From the NCBI GenBank assembly GCA_963781585.1, contig CAWAGQ010000013.1:480001-544000 (forward strand): 64,000 bases of DNA. The letters run 5' to 3'. A program made the position numbers and the translations under genes. Below are positions 52,308 through 62,054 of the stretch, piece after piece. How positions within the stretch are numbered: position 1 is the stretch's first letter; each line of letters starts with the position of its first letter. The DNA comes from an uncultured Gemmatimonadaceae bacterium. GTDB taxonomy: Bacteria; Gemmatimonadota; Gemmatimonadetes; Gemmatimonadales; Gemmatimonadaceae. The notes below the pieces were generated by a model, which worked only from the letters and a program-made list of their open reading frames with translations, was not told the DNA's origin and did not search any database.

Positions 52308-53160
52308 CGAAGAGGTCCTTGATTCGGTCGATCATTGCGGGGATCAGTTTCTGCTGCTGGAAAGACCGTCCGGCGAGCCGACGAACAACTCGCTCCAAGG
52401 GTTGGTCGGGTCGTTTCTCAAACCCGCGCACTGCCGAAAACGCGATCGGCAGGGTGAACGTGTCACGATACAAGTCTGCAATGTCTAGGCAGAATGCGGT
52501 TGCCGAGTCCTCGTGGACGAACCCCAGTTGGGGAATCGTCCTTGTCGCGGAGACGGCGACCATGGCGGCAGCCTCGACAGCGGTTGCCGCGTGGTTGATG
52601 GCCTGGTTCGGGGCATCGGCCATCTCCGGTCGCCCACGGTCGTAGCGCCGACCGGCCCAGTCGACACCATGCTGGGTGGCCAGCTGCTTATAACTCTCCT
52701 TCATCCGGGCGCCCTCGATCCCGCGGAGGACGGCAATATCAGAGTGCGGCAAGACTTCGCCGAGGCGCCAGGCATACATGCGCCGCGCGGCGTCGAGTCT
52801 CCGCTCCGGGTCCGACCACGTCTCGATCTGTTTGCGCGCGAGGATCGACTCATCGGAGCCAAACGGCATACTTGCGTAGAAGCGCACGCCGTCATCACCG
52901 ACTGCCACCAGTGCCGTCCCATGACGCGCCATGAGGCGCATGGCATCGTGACTCACGGTGGTCCCGGGTCCAAGAAGGATGCAGGAGAGTAGCTGAAACG
53001 GGATCGAATAGTCGCCCGCTGGCAAATCGCCGCTTCCGGTTGTCGCGAAGCGCAATGTGCCATCCTCGACCCATAGACGCCCGCGCGAGAGCCACAAGAG
53101 GCCGTGTCGGTCGCCGTGCGGGATTCGCGCCGTTTCGAGGCCGAGGCGACCCTTCAGCAC
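52279..53160 (-). CDS. cas1: Type I-E Cas1
   Basis: LGPGTTVSHDA, LRGIEGAR, QLGFVHE, DIADLY. Confidence 0.95.
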   Translation of the reverse strand: MLKGRLGLETARIPHGDRHGLLWLSRGRLWVEDGTLRFATTGSGDLPAGDYSIPFQLLSCILLGPGTTVSHDAMRLMARHGTALVAVGDDGVRFYASMPFGSDESILARKQIETWSDPERRLDAARRMYAWRLGEVLPHSDIAVLRGIEGARMKESYKQLATQHGVDWAGRRYDRGRPEMADAPNQAINHAATAVEAAAMVAVSATRTIPQLGFVHEDSATAFCLDIADLYRDTFTLPIAFSAVRGFEKRPDQPLERVVRRLAGRSFQQQKLIPAMIDRIKDLFDAHDGGRNG

Positions 53161-53163
53161 GAC

Positions 53164-53985
53164 TCAACGACCGACAGGCCGCAGCAGCAGCATCCCGAAC
53201 CCGAATGCTCTGTGGCGGCCAACTCCACGCCGAAAGAAAGCCCGAAAACCCTCAGGATCAACGACCCGCAAATGGCCTTCCAGAATCGCGTTGGGCCGCT
53301 CAAGGACCCTCCCTGAGTCGGCATTTCGACGATAGAGACGGTCCCGCTTGAACGTTACCAGACTTGGCGGCTCGTCGAGCACGGCCCCGCTGTGTCGTGC
53401 GAACTCGGCCTCAAGCCAGCCTCCATATGCCGCCTCGCGGCCGCACCATACCTTGGCGCTATGTGCGAATGGCAGCTCAGCCCGGGGGTCCTCCGCGTCG
53501 CTTCGGCCAGCCCGTTCCAGAGAGGCGAGCCAAGAGTCGAGCTCCCGGGTCCGGCCCCGGCCATCAGCGTTCGTGCCAAGCCCGGGAGCGACCGGCGTCC
53601 GCGTGCGCACGATGGGGCACGCGCGCACGCGGAAACCAGTGCGCGCCCCCGCTGGGAGGACGGGCAAATTCCTCGAATCGCACATGTGGACCAGGAATTC
53701 CTTCGGCGGCCCCATACGGTGGACCAGCGCCCAGTGGTCGAGGTCCGAGTAGGCCAGCAGGAATATGAATTCTGGATGTCGCCGGGCGGATTCCAGCGTG
53801 TCGTCCACCGCAAAGGTGTGAAACGGAATCTCAGCCGCCTGACGCGAGGTGGCGAACAGTTGAGCCAGTCCGGCGTGAAGCAGGTAGCCGTCATCGACGT
53901 TGCGCCCGAGATGGTGACGACGAGCGAGGCGGAGGAGTTCGCGGCGGTGGAGGACCAGGCGGATGATGTGAAGGGGCGTGCTCAC
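53164..53985 (-). CDS. cas6e: Cas6e/CasE crRNA endonuclease
   Basis: FRVRACP; C-terminal GVGRHRAFGFGMLLL. Confidence 0.9.
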   Translation of the reverse strand: MSTPLHIIRLVLHRRELLRLARRHHLGRNVDDGYLLHAGLAQLFATSRQAAEIPFHTFAVDDTLESARRHPEFIFLLAYSDLDHWALVHRMGPPKEFLVHMCDSRNLPVLPAGARTGFRVRACPIVRTRTPVAPGLGTNADGRGRTRELDSWLASLERAGRSDAEDPRAELPFAHSAKVWCGREAAYGGWLEAEFARHSGAVLDEPPSLVTFKRDRLYRRNADSGRVLERPNAILEGHLRVVDPEGFRAFFRRGVGRHRAFGFGMLLLRPVGR

Positions 53986-54683
53986 GGGCTTGCCTTCGGC
54001 CAATCTCCGTTTTGACCCGCCGACTTCACTTCATCGGTAACCTCAACCCACTCCGTGCGCACGTAGCGCAGTCCGTACCGTCGGTTGCCCTCTGCGAAGG
54101 ACAGAGGAACATCATACCGCGCTTCTCCGTCCTCGGCCGGCTCGACCTCGACCACGGCGCGGAGCGGTCCAGGATCGATGCGTTCGGCGGGTGGGGCGTC
54201 GCGCACGGCAGCCGCCGCGTCGCCCTCGCCGAAACCTGCAAACGGCGGCACTGACGGGACGCAGGCGCGCCGGCCGAGAAACAGAGGCCAGCGAGGCGAT
54301 TGCAGCGCATCGCCGATTGACCGAACCAACAGGGCGTCGCCCGCCAGCGCCGCGACGAAACTCGCGTCCTGCAGGTAGTAGCGGTGACTTGGCACACAGT
54401 CCTTGGCACCGAACACGAGGTAACGGTCGCCGCGAAACCGCCCACCACCGGCCGTGTGATAATCGTGAAGCAACGACCCCTGGCGGTCGACGCGAACCGC
54501 GAGCCTCAACTCTCGAAGATCCGCGAGCCTTGCCTCGTCGTCGCGGGCCATGCCGAGCGCGGATCCCACAAGGCCCAGGACGCCGCTCTTGCTCGGCTCC
54601 TGATCGGTGTCACGGATGCCGAGCTTGATCTGGGTGGACCAGGCCTGAAGGGGTCCTTCAAGACGGATAAGCACCGACGTCAT
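53982..54683 (-). CDS. cas5e: Cas5e/CasD
   Basis: LEGPLQAW, PSKSGVLGL, DYHT, RYYLQDA, LFLGRRAC. Confidence 0.93.
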   Translation of the reverse strand: MTSVLIRLEGPLQAWSTQIKLGIRDTDQEPSKSGVLGLVGSALGMARDDEARLADLRELRLAVRVDRQGSLLHDYHTAGGGRFRGDRYLVFGAKDCVPSHRYYLQDASFVAALAGDALLVRSIGDALQSPRWPLFLGRRACVPSVPPFAGFGEGDAAAAVRDAPPAERIDPGPLRAVVEVEPAEDGEARYDVPLSFAEGNRRYGLRYVRTEWVEVTDEVKSAGQNGDWPKASP

Positions 54684-55915
54684 GCGGACGCCCCGACTGC
54701 ACGATCTGTGATCTGTGTGAAAAAGTCACCCAGTTTCTTGGCTCGAGCCACGCCGTCCTCGTCAGCCAAGTCCCGGTCGGCCCACGTTATCGCGAACCGG
54801 TCGCGGGCGCCGATGGCATCCTCCATGCGACCGAAATAGGCTTCCAGCTTGGTGATCGAATCGTCCACCAGGTCGGCCTCGCCATCACCGGCCCCGTGCG
54901 GGCGGGCCGGTTTCAGGAACGCGTTCGTTAGAGAGACGGACTGGCCGCCCGCGCGAACGACCGCAAGGGCGTAGCTCGGGAAATTGTGTGCGGCCATGCT
55001 GTTCTGCTTGCCTGTGGGAATAGCGGAGACGAAGGCGCGGACGAAGGCCTCCACCGATCGCTTCAGGAGATCTTCGGCATCGTCGCCGTCGCCGAGGTTT
55101 TCGTGAAGCTTCCTGACATCCAGGACCGCGTACCGGTAGAAGCACGATGAGTTGAACTGGATGGTGCCCATCATGTCCGAACCGGCGGTGTCATCAGGCT
55201 TGAAGTCATCCACCGCAGTGAAGAAGTCGAAGTCCATCTGAACTTTGTTGGTCGAAATTGCGTGGGCGACCTGGCATGAGGCTTCGACATTCCACTCCGG
55301 CCTGTCGGCAATCATTCGGCCAAATAGCGCCAGATCCGCGGCGGCGCGGGCGTTCTCGAAGAGCTCCTGAATCTTCGTGCCGATTTCCTTTGGGTACGCC
55401 AGTTCCTTCTCCCTCTTCCTCTGCTTCGTCGACTTCTTCTTGCTAGGCGTTGCGTCTGTGTCGCCCTCGGCTACGGGCTCGGGTGACGACGGCAAAGTGT
55501 GTAACTCGTCCCGATGCTCGTGAAGCAGGGCCGCGAGTTCATTAATCGTTCTGCGCGGCACGAACAGCAAGTACTCGGTCTTCCACCCCTCCTCACCCTC
55601 AGCCTTCTTTCGGCCAAGTCCCGCCCCTTCCAACGAGCCGAGTGCCAGAGTCATCGCCTCCTCAGAATTGTGCCCATGCTCTTCCACCAACACTCGGGCT
55701 ACCTCCTGCGCAATCCGCTTAGTCCGCGCTCCCAGATTCTCGAGGTTCACCAGCTTCTCGAGTCGAAACAATTCTCGAACGGCGCGCTTCTGGCACTGGC
55801 TCGAGATGCGTGCGCGCCTATGCCCGCCAAGCTCGCAGTCCTTGGGAGCCCCTGTGTCGTCGCGGTTGAGATTGGAAGGGGCGAAGTTCTGGAGCAGATG
55901 CAATTCGACTTTCAT
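54680..55915 (-). CDS. cas7e: Cas7/CasC
   Basis: LNRDDTGAPK, RISSQ, ALFGRM, QVAHAIST, DFFTAVDD. Confidence 0.95.
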   Translation of the reverse strand: MKVELHLLQNFAPSNLNRDDTGAPKDCELGGHRRARISSQCQKRAVRELFRLEKLVNLENLGARTKRIAQEVARVLVEEHGHNSEEAMTLALGSLEGAGLGRKKAEGEEGWKTEYLLFVPRRTINELAALLHEHRDELHTLPSSPEPVAEGDTDATPSKKKSTKQRKREKELAYPKEIGTKIQELFENARAAADLALFGRMIADRPEWNVEASCQVAHAISTNKVQMDFDFFTAVDDFKPDDTAGSDMMGTIQFNSSCFYRYAVLDVRKLHENLGDGDDAEDLLKRSVEAFVRAFVSAIPTGKQNSMAAHNFPSYALAVVRAGGQSVSLTNAFLKPARPHGAGDGEADLVDDSITKLEAYFGRMEDAIGARDRFAITWADRDLADEDGVARAKKLGDFFTQITDRAVGASA

Positions 55916-55929
55916 TGCCGCGCCTCCGT

Positions 55930-56463
55930 TCACGTAGTTGCCGTTTCTGTGCGAGCGATACTTGCATCTTCGCCTTTCAGCGCCCAGAAGTCGCGCGCCC
56001 AGCGGCGACGAACGAAATCGCTCTCGTAGTCCCAATACCTAATGGCACGATACAGATCATCCCAGTCAATGCCGAGGTCGCTCGCCGCGAGCAACGAGAT
56101 CGCGCGACGAAGATGCACGGCCAGGTCCGTGCGCTCGGCGGCCATAAGCGCCAAGAATCGCTTTTCCACACTGTCGCGCGAGTCCCTGCCAGGTGGGCGC
56201 CACACCATCCGCAAGCCCTTGGCGAGCGAGAGTGAGGTAGTGACAGGGCGAAGGGCGAAGAGCCCGGCCAAGAGCACGGCGTCGTCCTCCGCGCGCTGCC
56301 CAGCGTCTTGAGGGAGGAAAGGCAGGACGACCCGAAGTCCCGCGAGCGAGTGATCGCCATCCAGCGAAGCGCGGAGAGCCGCAAGAGTCGCGCGGTCTTC
56401 ACGCGCGGCGATGTCCTCGAGATACTCGACCAAGGGAGCCTTCGACCTCTGTTGCTGGTTCAC
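55930..56463 (-). CDS. casB: Cse2/CasB (Cas11)
   Basis: LAALRASL, VEKRFLALM, IDWDDL, RWARDFW; position in operon. Confidence 0.9.
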   Translation of the reverse strand: MNQQQRSKAPLVEYLEDIAAREDRATLAALRASLDGDHSLAGLRVVLPFLPQDAGQRAEDDAVLLAGLFALRPVTTSLSLAKGLRMVWRPPGRDSRDSVEKRFLALMAAERTDLAVHLRRAISLLAASDLGIDWDDLYRAIRYWDYESDFVRRRWARDFWALKGEDASIARTETATT

Positions 56464-58049
56464 GTTTCAGCCTCCTGCATCGTTTCCTTTCCAGCAGCAA
56501 GTGACTCGGTGTCGACGAGGTACGTCAACGTCCTTTCGAACTCTGTTTCTGCCAGCGCGCGCGCCTTCATCGTTCGGCCATCCGCCATCGCACTCGAGAC
56601 CGCTTCGTAAAATTGCTTGCGCACCACTTGGCGGGTTCGCTCCTCGAAGCGACGCCGCGCATCGTCCTTGTCACCACTCAGACCCAATACGAACGCCTCA
56701 AAGGCGGCACCGAGTGCGCTCCACGCCGCTGGCTGAGCCCCTAAGGAGCGTACGAAATCTTGGCGCTGCTCCCGTTGTTCTCTCCCATCGCTGCCCGCCC
56801 GTGGCAAGCTCTCGCGAGCGAAAGTGGAGAGGGCCGCCCAAAGACACCGCACCGCTGCTTCGGCAAACCTGAGGGCATGCTCGATGGCTTCGCGGGCATC
56901 CGGATCGGCGAAGAGCCCCACAGCGGCGGCGAGCTGTTCGGCCCGAGTGTAGTCAATGCGCGATTTCTCGGCCGAAAGCCCGAACATGCCAATCGTGTAG
57001 ACGGTGGACGTTCCGACAACATCCAGGGCCTCGGGGCTGGCCATCTGATCCAAGGTCATCGGGCGTCGAAATTTCTTACCATCGCTGCGCCCGCCTTCGA
57101 AGAGACTATCTGCGTTGCGCCAGAACGCCTTTTCAGGATCGATACCAATGCTCAAGAACCCGCGCTTTTCATCAAGCCGATATGACACCATCGGGTCAAG
57201 ATCGCACCCTTCCGCCAAACCTTGTCCCACACACCGCACGAAGTGAAGAACCTGGTGATCCTCCCCCACAAGTTCGATTCGTCGGCTGACCCACGTGAGC
57301 ACGTCCAACCACCCCGTGGGAAGGCGCTTGGGCTCTTGTGTCACCGGCATTCTCTCGGGCAACGCCCCCCGCTCCCAAGCTGGAGCGTCGTCTTGGCTTG
57401 CGACGATCGGGCGGTTCTGGGCCGGGTCATAAACGAGTAAGTTCGCCACCAAGGTCTCGAATAGGGACGCTCCGCGAAGCAGCACAACGGCGGCCCGGAC
57501 CAAAGGCGCCGCTGTGGCGGATGTCGGCTCGTTGGGCTTCTTCACCAAGCCCCCCGTGGCGAACGCTTGATGTGCCAAGAGGGCTCGCGTAGCCTGCGCC
57601 GGTTCCATCGATGGGTGATGCGCGACAGGGCGGTGTTGAAACAACTCCCGGGCCGATCCCCAGCTGGAACGCTCCAAGGTGAGCGCGTCGATCGGATCCG
57701 CCGCGAACTGCTGTACCAATCCTCGAGTCTGCGCAAATGGATGCGTCGGATGGAACAAATCCATCCGATCTCGTACACCACTCAGGTATCTCTCAACATG
57801 GTCGGCCTCAAAGCGTCCGCTGCGCGCGATGACGCACCATTCGTTCATGGTTGTCGGCCCCACATAAGCCCGATGCAGCACCGCCAGTAAGTGCCGATGC
57901 AGCACGGCGAGAACCAATGGCGATGGGTCTGCGATCGTCCTGACGCGATGCGCCTCGACCAGGGCATCCCTGGTGGAAAGCTCCGCGCGCTGGCCATCCA
58001 TGAATTCGCAGGGGATCCACGGTTGCGTGGTGAGGTTGAATGAGTCCAT
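56460..58049 (-). CDS. casA: Cse1/CasA (Cas8e)
   Basis: FNLTTQPWIP, DLFHPTHPFAQ, GASLFETL, TWVSRRI, DPM. Confidence 0.92.
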   Translation of the reverse strand: MDSFNLTTQPWIPCEFMDGQRAELSTRDALVEAHRVRTIADPSPLVLAVLHRHLLAVLHRAYVGPTTMNEWCVIARSGRFEADHVERYLSGVRDRMDLFHPTHPFAQTRGLVQQFAADPIDALTLERSSWGSARELFQHRPVAHHPSMEPAQATRALLAHQAFATGGLVKKPNEPTSATAAPLVRAAVVLLRGASLFETLVANLLVYDPAQNRPIVASQDDAPAWERGALPERMPVTQEPKRLPTGWLDVLTWVSRRIELVGEDHQVLHFVRCVGQGLAEGCDLDPMVSYRLDEKRGFLSIGIDPEKAFWRNADSLFEGGRSDGKKFRRPMTLDQMASPEALDVVGTSTVYTIGMFGLSAEKSRIDYTRAEQLAAAVGLFADPDAREAIEHALRFAEAAVRCLWAALSTFARESLPRAGSDGREQREQRQDFVRSLGAQPAAWSALGAAFEAFVLGLSGDKDDARRRFEERTRQVVRKQFYEAVSSAMADGRTMKARALAETEFERTLTYLVDTESLAAGKETMQEAET

Positions 58050-60826
58050 TACGACGCCTTGTCTGCTTGTCGGATACAAAGCCCCAGTTCAGCATCGAGG
58101 ACGAAGCTCACGCCCGCCACCCGTGCGCGTCCCTCTTCGAATGCGAGCAGTCGCCGATATCGCAACAGCGGCGATTTCTTCCAGCTCTCCGGTATCGCCG
58201 TTTGAGGATCGTTAATGATGGCATGGAAGGCGCGTCGGTTGCTCACGCCGATAGAGCGGCGCACCAGCCGTTCGACGAGCAGCCAGTCAGGCTCTTTGCA
58301 AAGGTCGAGAGGCGTTTCGTCGCCGTCACCCACGAGGAGCTGCCCTCCCCGCCGGTCCACACAAAGGAGTTCAACTGACGGGGGCCCGAGGCGCGTATCC
58401 GCACGCAACTGCTGGTGCAGCACGGGATCGTCATCATCTGTCAGGAACACTCGCAAGTTGCCGAAAGGATCGTCGACGACGTAGGGATGCGGCATGAGCT
58501 TCTGTTCCGAGAGGTTGCGTTGAACCGCCTTCGCGCCGTGGTGCGCGATCCAGGCGGCATGGAGCTGTTCGCCCGCAGCGACCGGCCTGTCGCAATAGAC
58601 TTCTTCGACCAGTGGCTCGATATCGGTAGGTAGGGTGAAGGTCTCCGTGTTCTCGAGCTTCTCCAGCGTCCGGCGAACCAACATTTCTGCGTACACAACT
58701 GCAACCTGATCCAATGAAGCCGTCGTCCAAGGGCCATCGGGACACACAATCGTGAGCCGCGGCTCCTTCACCCCCGGAAATCGGTTACCTCGCTGATGCC
58801 GCCACAGGCGCCCGGCCCGCTGGAGTAGGAGGTCCATCGGCGCGACATCGGTGACCATGAAGTCGAAGTCGACATCGAGGCTCTGCTCTAGCACCTGGGT
58901 CCCGATCACGACGCATCCCTCCGGTCGCTCGGTGTCGCCGCCCTCAGGCCCCAGCCACTTGGCCAGCCGTTCCTCGCGCTCCACGCGGTCAGCTGGCAGA
59001 AGCTGTGAGTGCAGAAGCAGGCGGCCAAGGCCCGCAGCCATCTCGCACACGCGTGTGGTGGCTTCCTGTGCGCGCGCGACCGTGTTGCAGATCCACCCTA
59101 CACATCCGCCGCGCCGCGCCACCTCGATAACCCTGCGCGTAAGCTCGTCTACGTCGTCTCGGCTGCGCTCGACCCCCACCGAGATCGGTTTCCCGCGAGG
59201 TGCAAACGAGTCGACCTTGTTGGAAGTGCGAGATGCGAGAGTGATCCGCGGATAAGGTCCCGTCGGCTGTTCTCCTTCAGGCATTCCGGCACCCTTGCGA
59301 TACGCACGAAGGAGGTCGGCGCGGCGGCTGGAGGGCAGGGTGGCCGAGAGCAAGACTACAGTGGTGCCGGTGGCAGCGAGCCACTCGACGAGACGATCGA
59401 GCAGATTACTGGTATAGGTGTCATATGCATGGATCTCATCGAAGATCACGACCTTGCTGGCAAGCCCGTAGAGTCGGACGAATGCGTGGGGCACACGCAT
59501 GACGCCAAGTAACGCCTGGTCGATCGTCCCGACTGCGAATTCGCCGAGCAGTTTGCGCTTCTTCGACAGGAACCACGCCTCGGCGCGCACCGCCCCGACG
59601 CCTTCAGCATCGCTGTCGTACACCGCCCCTACGCGGAGTTTTCGAAAGCCCTCCCAGAGCGATGCTTCGCCGTGCGCCAAGAGGAGGGTCGAGAGCGCTC
59701 CTCCGCGCGTGCGCGCCAGGAATCGCTCGATACGGCCGAACATCTGATTCGCCGTCGCCTGGGTGGGGAGGCCGATATAGAACCCTCCCTCGCCGATCTG
59801 CGCGGCCGCGGCATCGGCCAGGGTGAGCGCGGCCTCCGTCTTTCCTTCGCCCATTGGTGCTTCCACGACGATCAGTGAAGGTGTGTCTAGGGTCGGTGCG
59901 ATCGAGTCCGCGGCGGAATGCAGGGGCCAAGGGTCCAGCTGCGGGAATAGTTGCCGAAACGACCGCGCCGTCGATGGCGGCGCTGGGCGAAAGCCTGCAT
60001 TCTCCAATGCCGTGTCTGCCCGAGCCAGAGCGATTCGCCAGTAGGTGGGCAGCGACCGTTGAGGTGGCTCGTAAAGGAAGAAGTCCTCCATCGAACCGAT
60101 CCAATCCGCGACCGACGTGACACCTGCGAGCAAGACGACGTAGGCGTGATCAATCTGCGCGACACCGGACAGCGAAGTGACACGGAAATGGTCAGCCATC
60201 ACCTTGACGACGGCCGCCCGTGCGGAGTCCCATTGCGCTTTCCGGCCACGCTCCCGCGACCCCGGCGGTTTGCAGACGGACGCGTCGGTGGGAAACTGCC
60301 CGTGATGGGCAGTGACCGCACGCGCCAGACGTAGTGCAGTCGAGGTCGACGCTCCGTAGTGTTCCTCCAACTCTGGTTTGAGGAAGAACAGGCCGATGTC
60401 TCCGTGAAACCGAGCCCCCTGGTCCGCCTGGAGATCGAATCCACGCTTCGGGAATTCACGTCGGGCCCAATCGACCTTCGCCTGGAAGGCCGGTGTGGCC
60501 TTTCCAAGGTCGTGCAGCGCGATGACAAACAGCAAGGTCCGCAGGCTGTCGAGGCGATCCGTCGACAGCGCCAGCAGCCGGTCCCGTACGGCAGGTGGCT
60601 GTATCGCTGTGAGCAATCGCGCAGCCACGGCTGCGACGTCCAACATGTGACAGAGTAGCGAATGCGCGGGGCAAGACCCCTTGGGTTGTGCCTTACCCCA
60701 GAGCAGCCACTCCGGCCGCCCGCCCGCATGGCCCAACCACTCGTCAATTGTGTCGGCGGTGAGAGCGGCCGCAGGAGGGACCGGACCGCCAAGCGATGCT
60801 ACCCAGTCACACAAGACGTCGGCCAC
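58049..60826 (-). CDS. cas3: Cas3 HD nuclease-helicase
   Basis: HMLDV, HDLGKA, ADWIGS, APMGEGKTE, DEIHAYD, QRAGRLWRH. Confidence 0.96.
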   Translation of the reverse strand: MADVLCDWVASLGGPVPPAAALTADTIDEWLGHAGGRPEWLLWGKAQPKGSCPAHSLLCHMLDVAAVAARLLTAIQPPAVRDRLLALSTDRLDSLRTLLFVIALHDLGKATPAFQAKVDWARREFPKRGFDLQADQGARFHGDIGLFFLKPELEEHYGASTSTALRLARAVTAHHGQFPTDASVCKPPGSRERGRKAQWDSARAAVVKVMADHFRVTSLSGVAQIDHAYVVLLAGVTSVADWIGSMEDFFLYEPPQRSLPTYWRIALARADTALENAGFRPAPPSTARSFRQLFPQLDPWPLHSAADSIAPTLDTPSLIVVEAPMGEGKTEAALTLADAAAAQIGEGGFYIGLPTQATANQMFGRIERFLARTRGGALSTLLLAHGEASLWEGFRKLRVGAVYDSDAEGVGAVRAEAWFLSKKRKLLGEFAVGTIDQALLGVMRVPHAFVRLYGLASKVVIFDEIHAYDTYTSNLLDRLVEWLAATGTTVVLLSATLPSSRRADLLRAYRKGAGMPEGEQPTGPYPRITLASRTSNKVDSFAPRGKPISVGVERSRDDVDELTRRVIEVARRGGCVGWICNTVARAQEATTRVCEMAAGLGRLLLHSQLLPADRVEREERLAKWLGPEGGDTERPEGCVVIGTQVLEQSLDVDFDFMVTDVAPMDLLLQRAGRLWRHQRGNRFPGVKEPRLTIVCPDGPWTTASLDQVAVVYAEMLVRRTLEKLENTETFTLPTDIEPLVEEVYCDRPVAAGEQLHAAWIAHHGAKAVQRNLSEQKLMPHPYVVDDPFGNLRVFLTDDDDPVLHQQLRADTRLGPPSVELLCVDRRGGQLLVGDGDETPLDLCKEPDWLLVERLVRRSIGVSNRRAFHAIINDPQTAIPESWKKSPLLRYRRLLAFEEGRARVAGVSFVLDAELGLCIRQADKAS

Positions 60827-61254
60827 ATTAGCCTCATCTTACTAATAAGGTGGGAGGGTTCGTCGCCCATTGCACATCCATGGCCGCACCTCCAAGACAA
60901 GCCGGGTCAGGATGCCTCGTGGGACCTCCCGCGCGACGCCGCGTCAAGCTAGCGGTCGATGCCCTGGCCGGTTTGGTCTTCGGGCTTCACGGTCGAGCGA
61001 TCATGCCGGGATCGCGGGCCCTGATCGCAAACTTCTCGAACTTGTTTCGGATTCGCTAGGCGCTGTCCGCGCCGCCGTCCTTCGCCTTCCGGCCGGAAAT
61101 GCTGCGGCCCCCTCCACCGCGGCAAGAATCCGGTACGTCCTGCGTCATTCTGGTAATTCGGAACGGCGGGATGAGCTCACATTGCCGGTGCGGTTCGGAG
61201 CTCTTTGCGAACCCCGCGCCTGAGTATGCCGGTCTCGCCAGCCCGTTCAGGGTC

Positions 61255-61338
61255 GCCGGCGTGGCGGAACTGGCAGACGCGGCACCCTCGCAAGGCGCTG
61301 GGCGCAAGCCCGTGTGGGTTCCATTCCCATCGCCGGCA
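61255..61338 (+). tRNA. Atypical or pseudo tRNA: Leu-type class II body with anticodon CGC (Ala)
   Basis: Acceptor GCCGGCG/CGCCGGC, A73; D arm GCGGAACTGGCAGACGC; anticodon arm GCACC-CTCGCAA-GGCGC; variable arm GGGC-GCAA-GCCC; T loop TTCCATT. Confidence 0.7.
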
Positions 61339-61422
61339 CCCACCGTGGTTTCCCTTGACTCGGCACGCCGAGCACGATTATGCTCGGCATACCTTGCGAG
61401 GGTGCCGCGGTCCAGCCACGCT

Positions 61423-61764
61423 GTGATCGCGCTGAGACGGAGGCGTCAGGTCGGCGCCTCCGTTCCTCTTTACACCGAGGCCCTGCTAGCCCAGGGACTC
61501 GAGCGTCGCCAGCTCGGGACGATCGTTGAGACGCTGGCACAAGGCGTCTTCGAGGTCGAGTTCTCTCACGACCGGGGTCACACCTATGCGTCGGTGAGCG
61601 TCCCCGCCACCACGCTGCCGATCCTGCACCACCAGCCCGCCGGGCGCTGGCGCGCGCTCTTCGGCATCGTCCGATCAATCTGGATGGTTGCGGCCTTCGG
61701 CCTCACGGCGGAACCTGGCGCCGTCTCGCTTGGAACAGTCGCGGCCGCGGGCTCAACTCTATAG
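61423..61764 (+). pseudogene. Degenerate DUF4926-like protein
   Basis: GLERRQLGTIVETLAQGVFEVEFSHDRGHTYA resembles the DUF4926 core; ends look eroded. Confidence 0.5.
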
Positions 61765-61824
61765 ATGATGCCGATAGCACAAGCACTTTCTCCCGCGGAT
61801 GGCCAGGAAGGTCCTTATGGAGAA

Positions 61825-61897
61825 CTCCCGAGGCAGGACTCGAACCTGCGACCCGGTGATTAACAGTCACCTGCTCTACCAGCTGAGCTACTCGGGA
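61825..61897 (-). tRNA. tRNA-Asn(GTT)
   Basis: TCCCGAGTAGCTCAGCTGGTAGAGCAGGTGACT-GTT-AATCACCGGGTCGCAGGTTCGAGTCCTGCCTCGGGAG cloverleaf. Confidence 0.96.
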
Positions 61898-61907
61898 ATG
61901 GGTGCGA

Positions 61908-61937
61908 AAGCTAGACAACCCCCGGCGGGCGGGTCAA
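61908..61937 (-). promoter_or_regulatory. tRNA-Asn promoter TTGACC-N18-TAGCTT
   Basis: Hexamers 61932-61937 and 61908-61913, just upstream of the tRNA. Confidence 0.6.
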
Positions 61938-62054
61938 GCGAAAGCGATCCCGCCCGCGCCACGCTTGACCGCCGGCCGGACTGCGCGCAAGCTCGCACCG
62001 TCGGCCGGCCGCGCCGCCGCCACCAGCCCCGGGCCACTCTCGCCCGCCACTCTC

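Noticed and set aside
60850..61254. CreA/mini-array style degenerate repeats upstream of cas3 (GGTCGATGCCC near 60954)
   Set aside because: Only a short partial match with no hairpin and no second repeat at a spacer-length distance.
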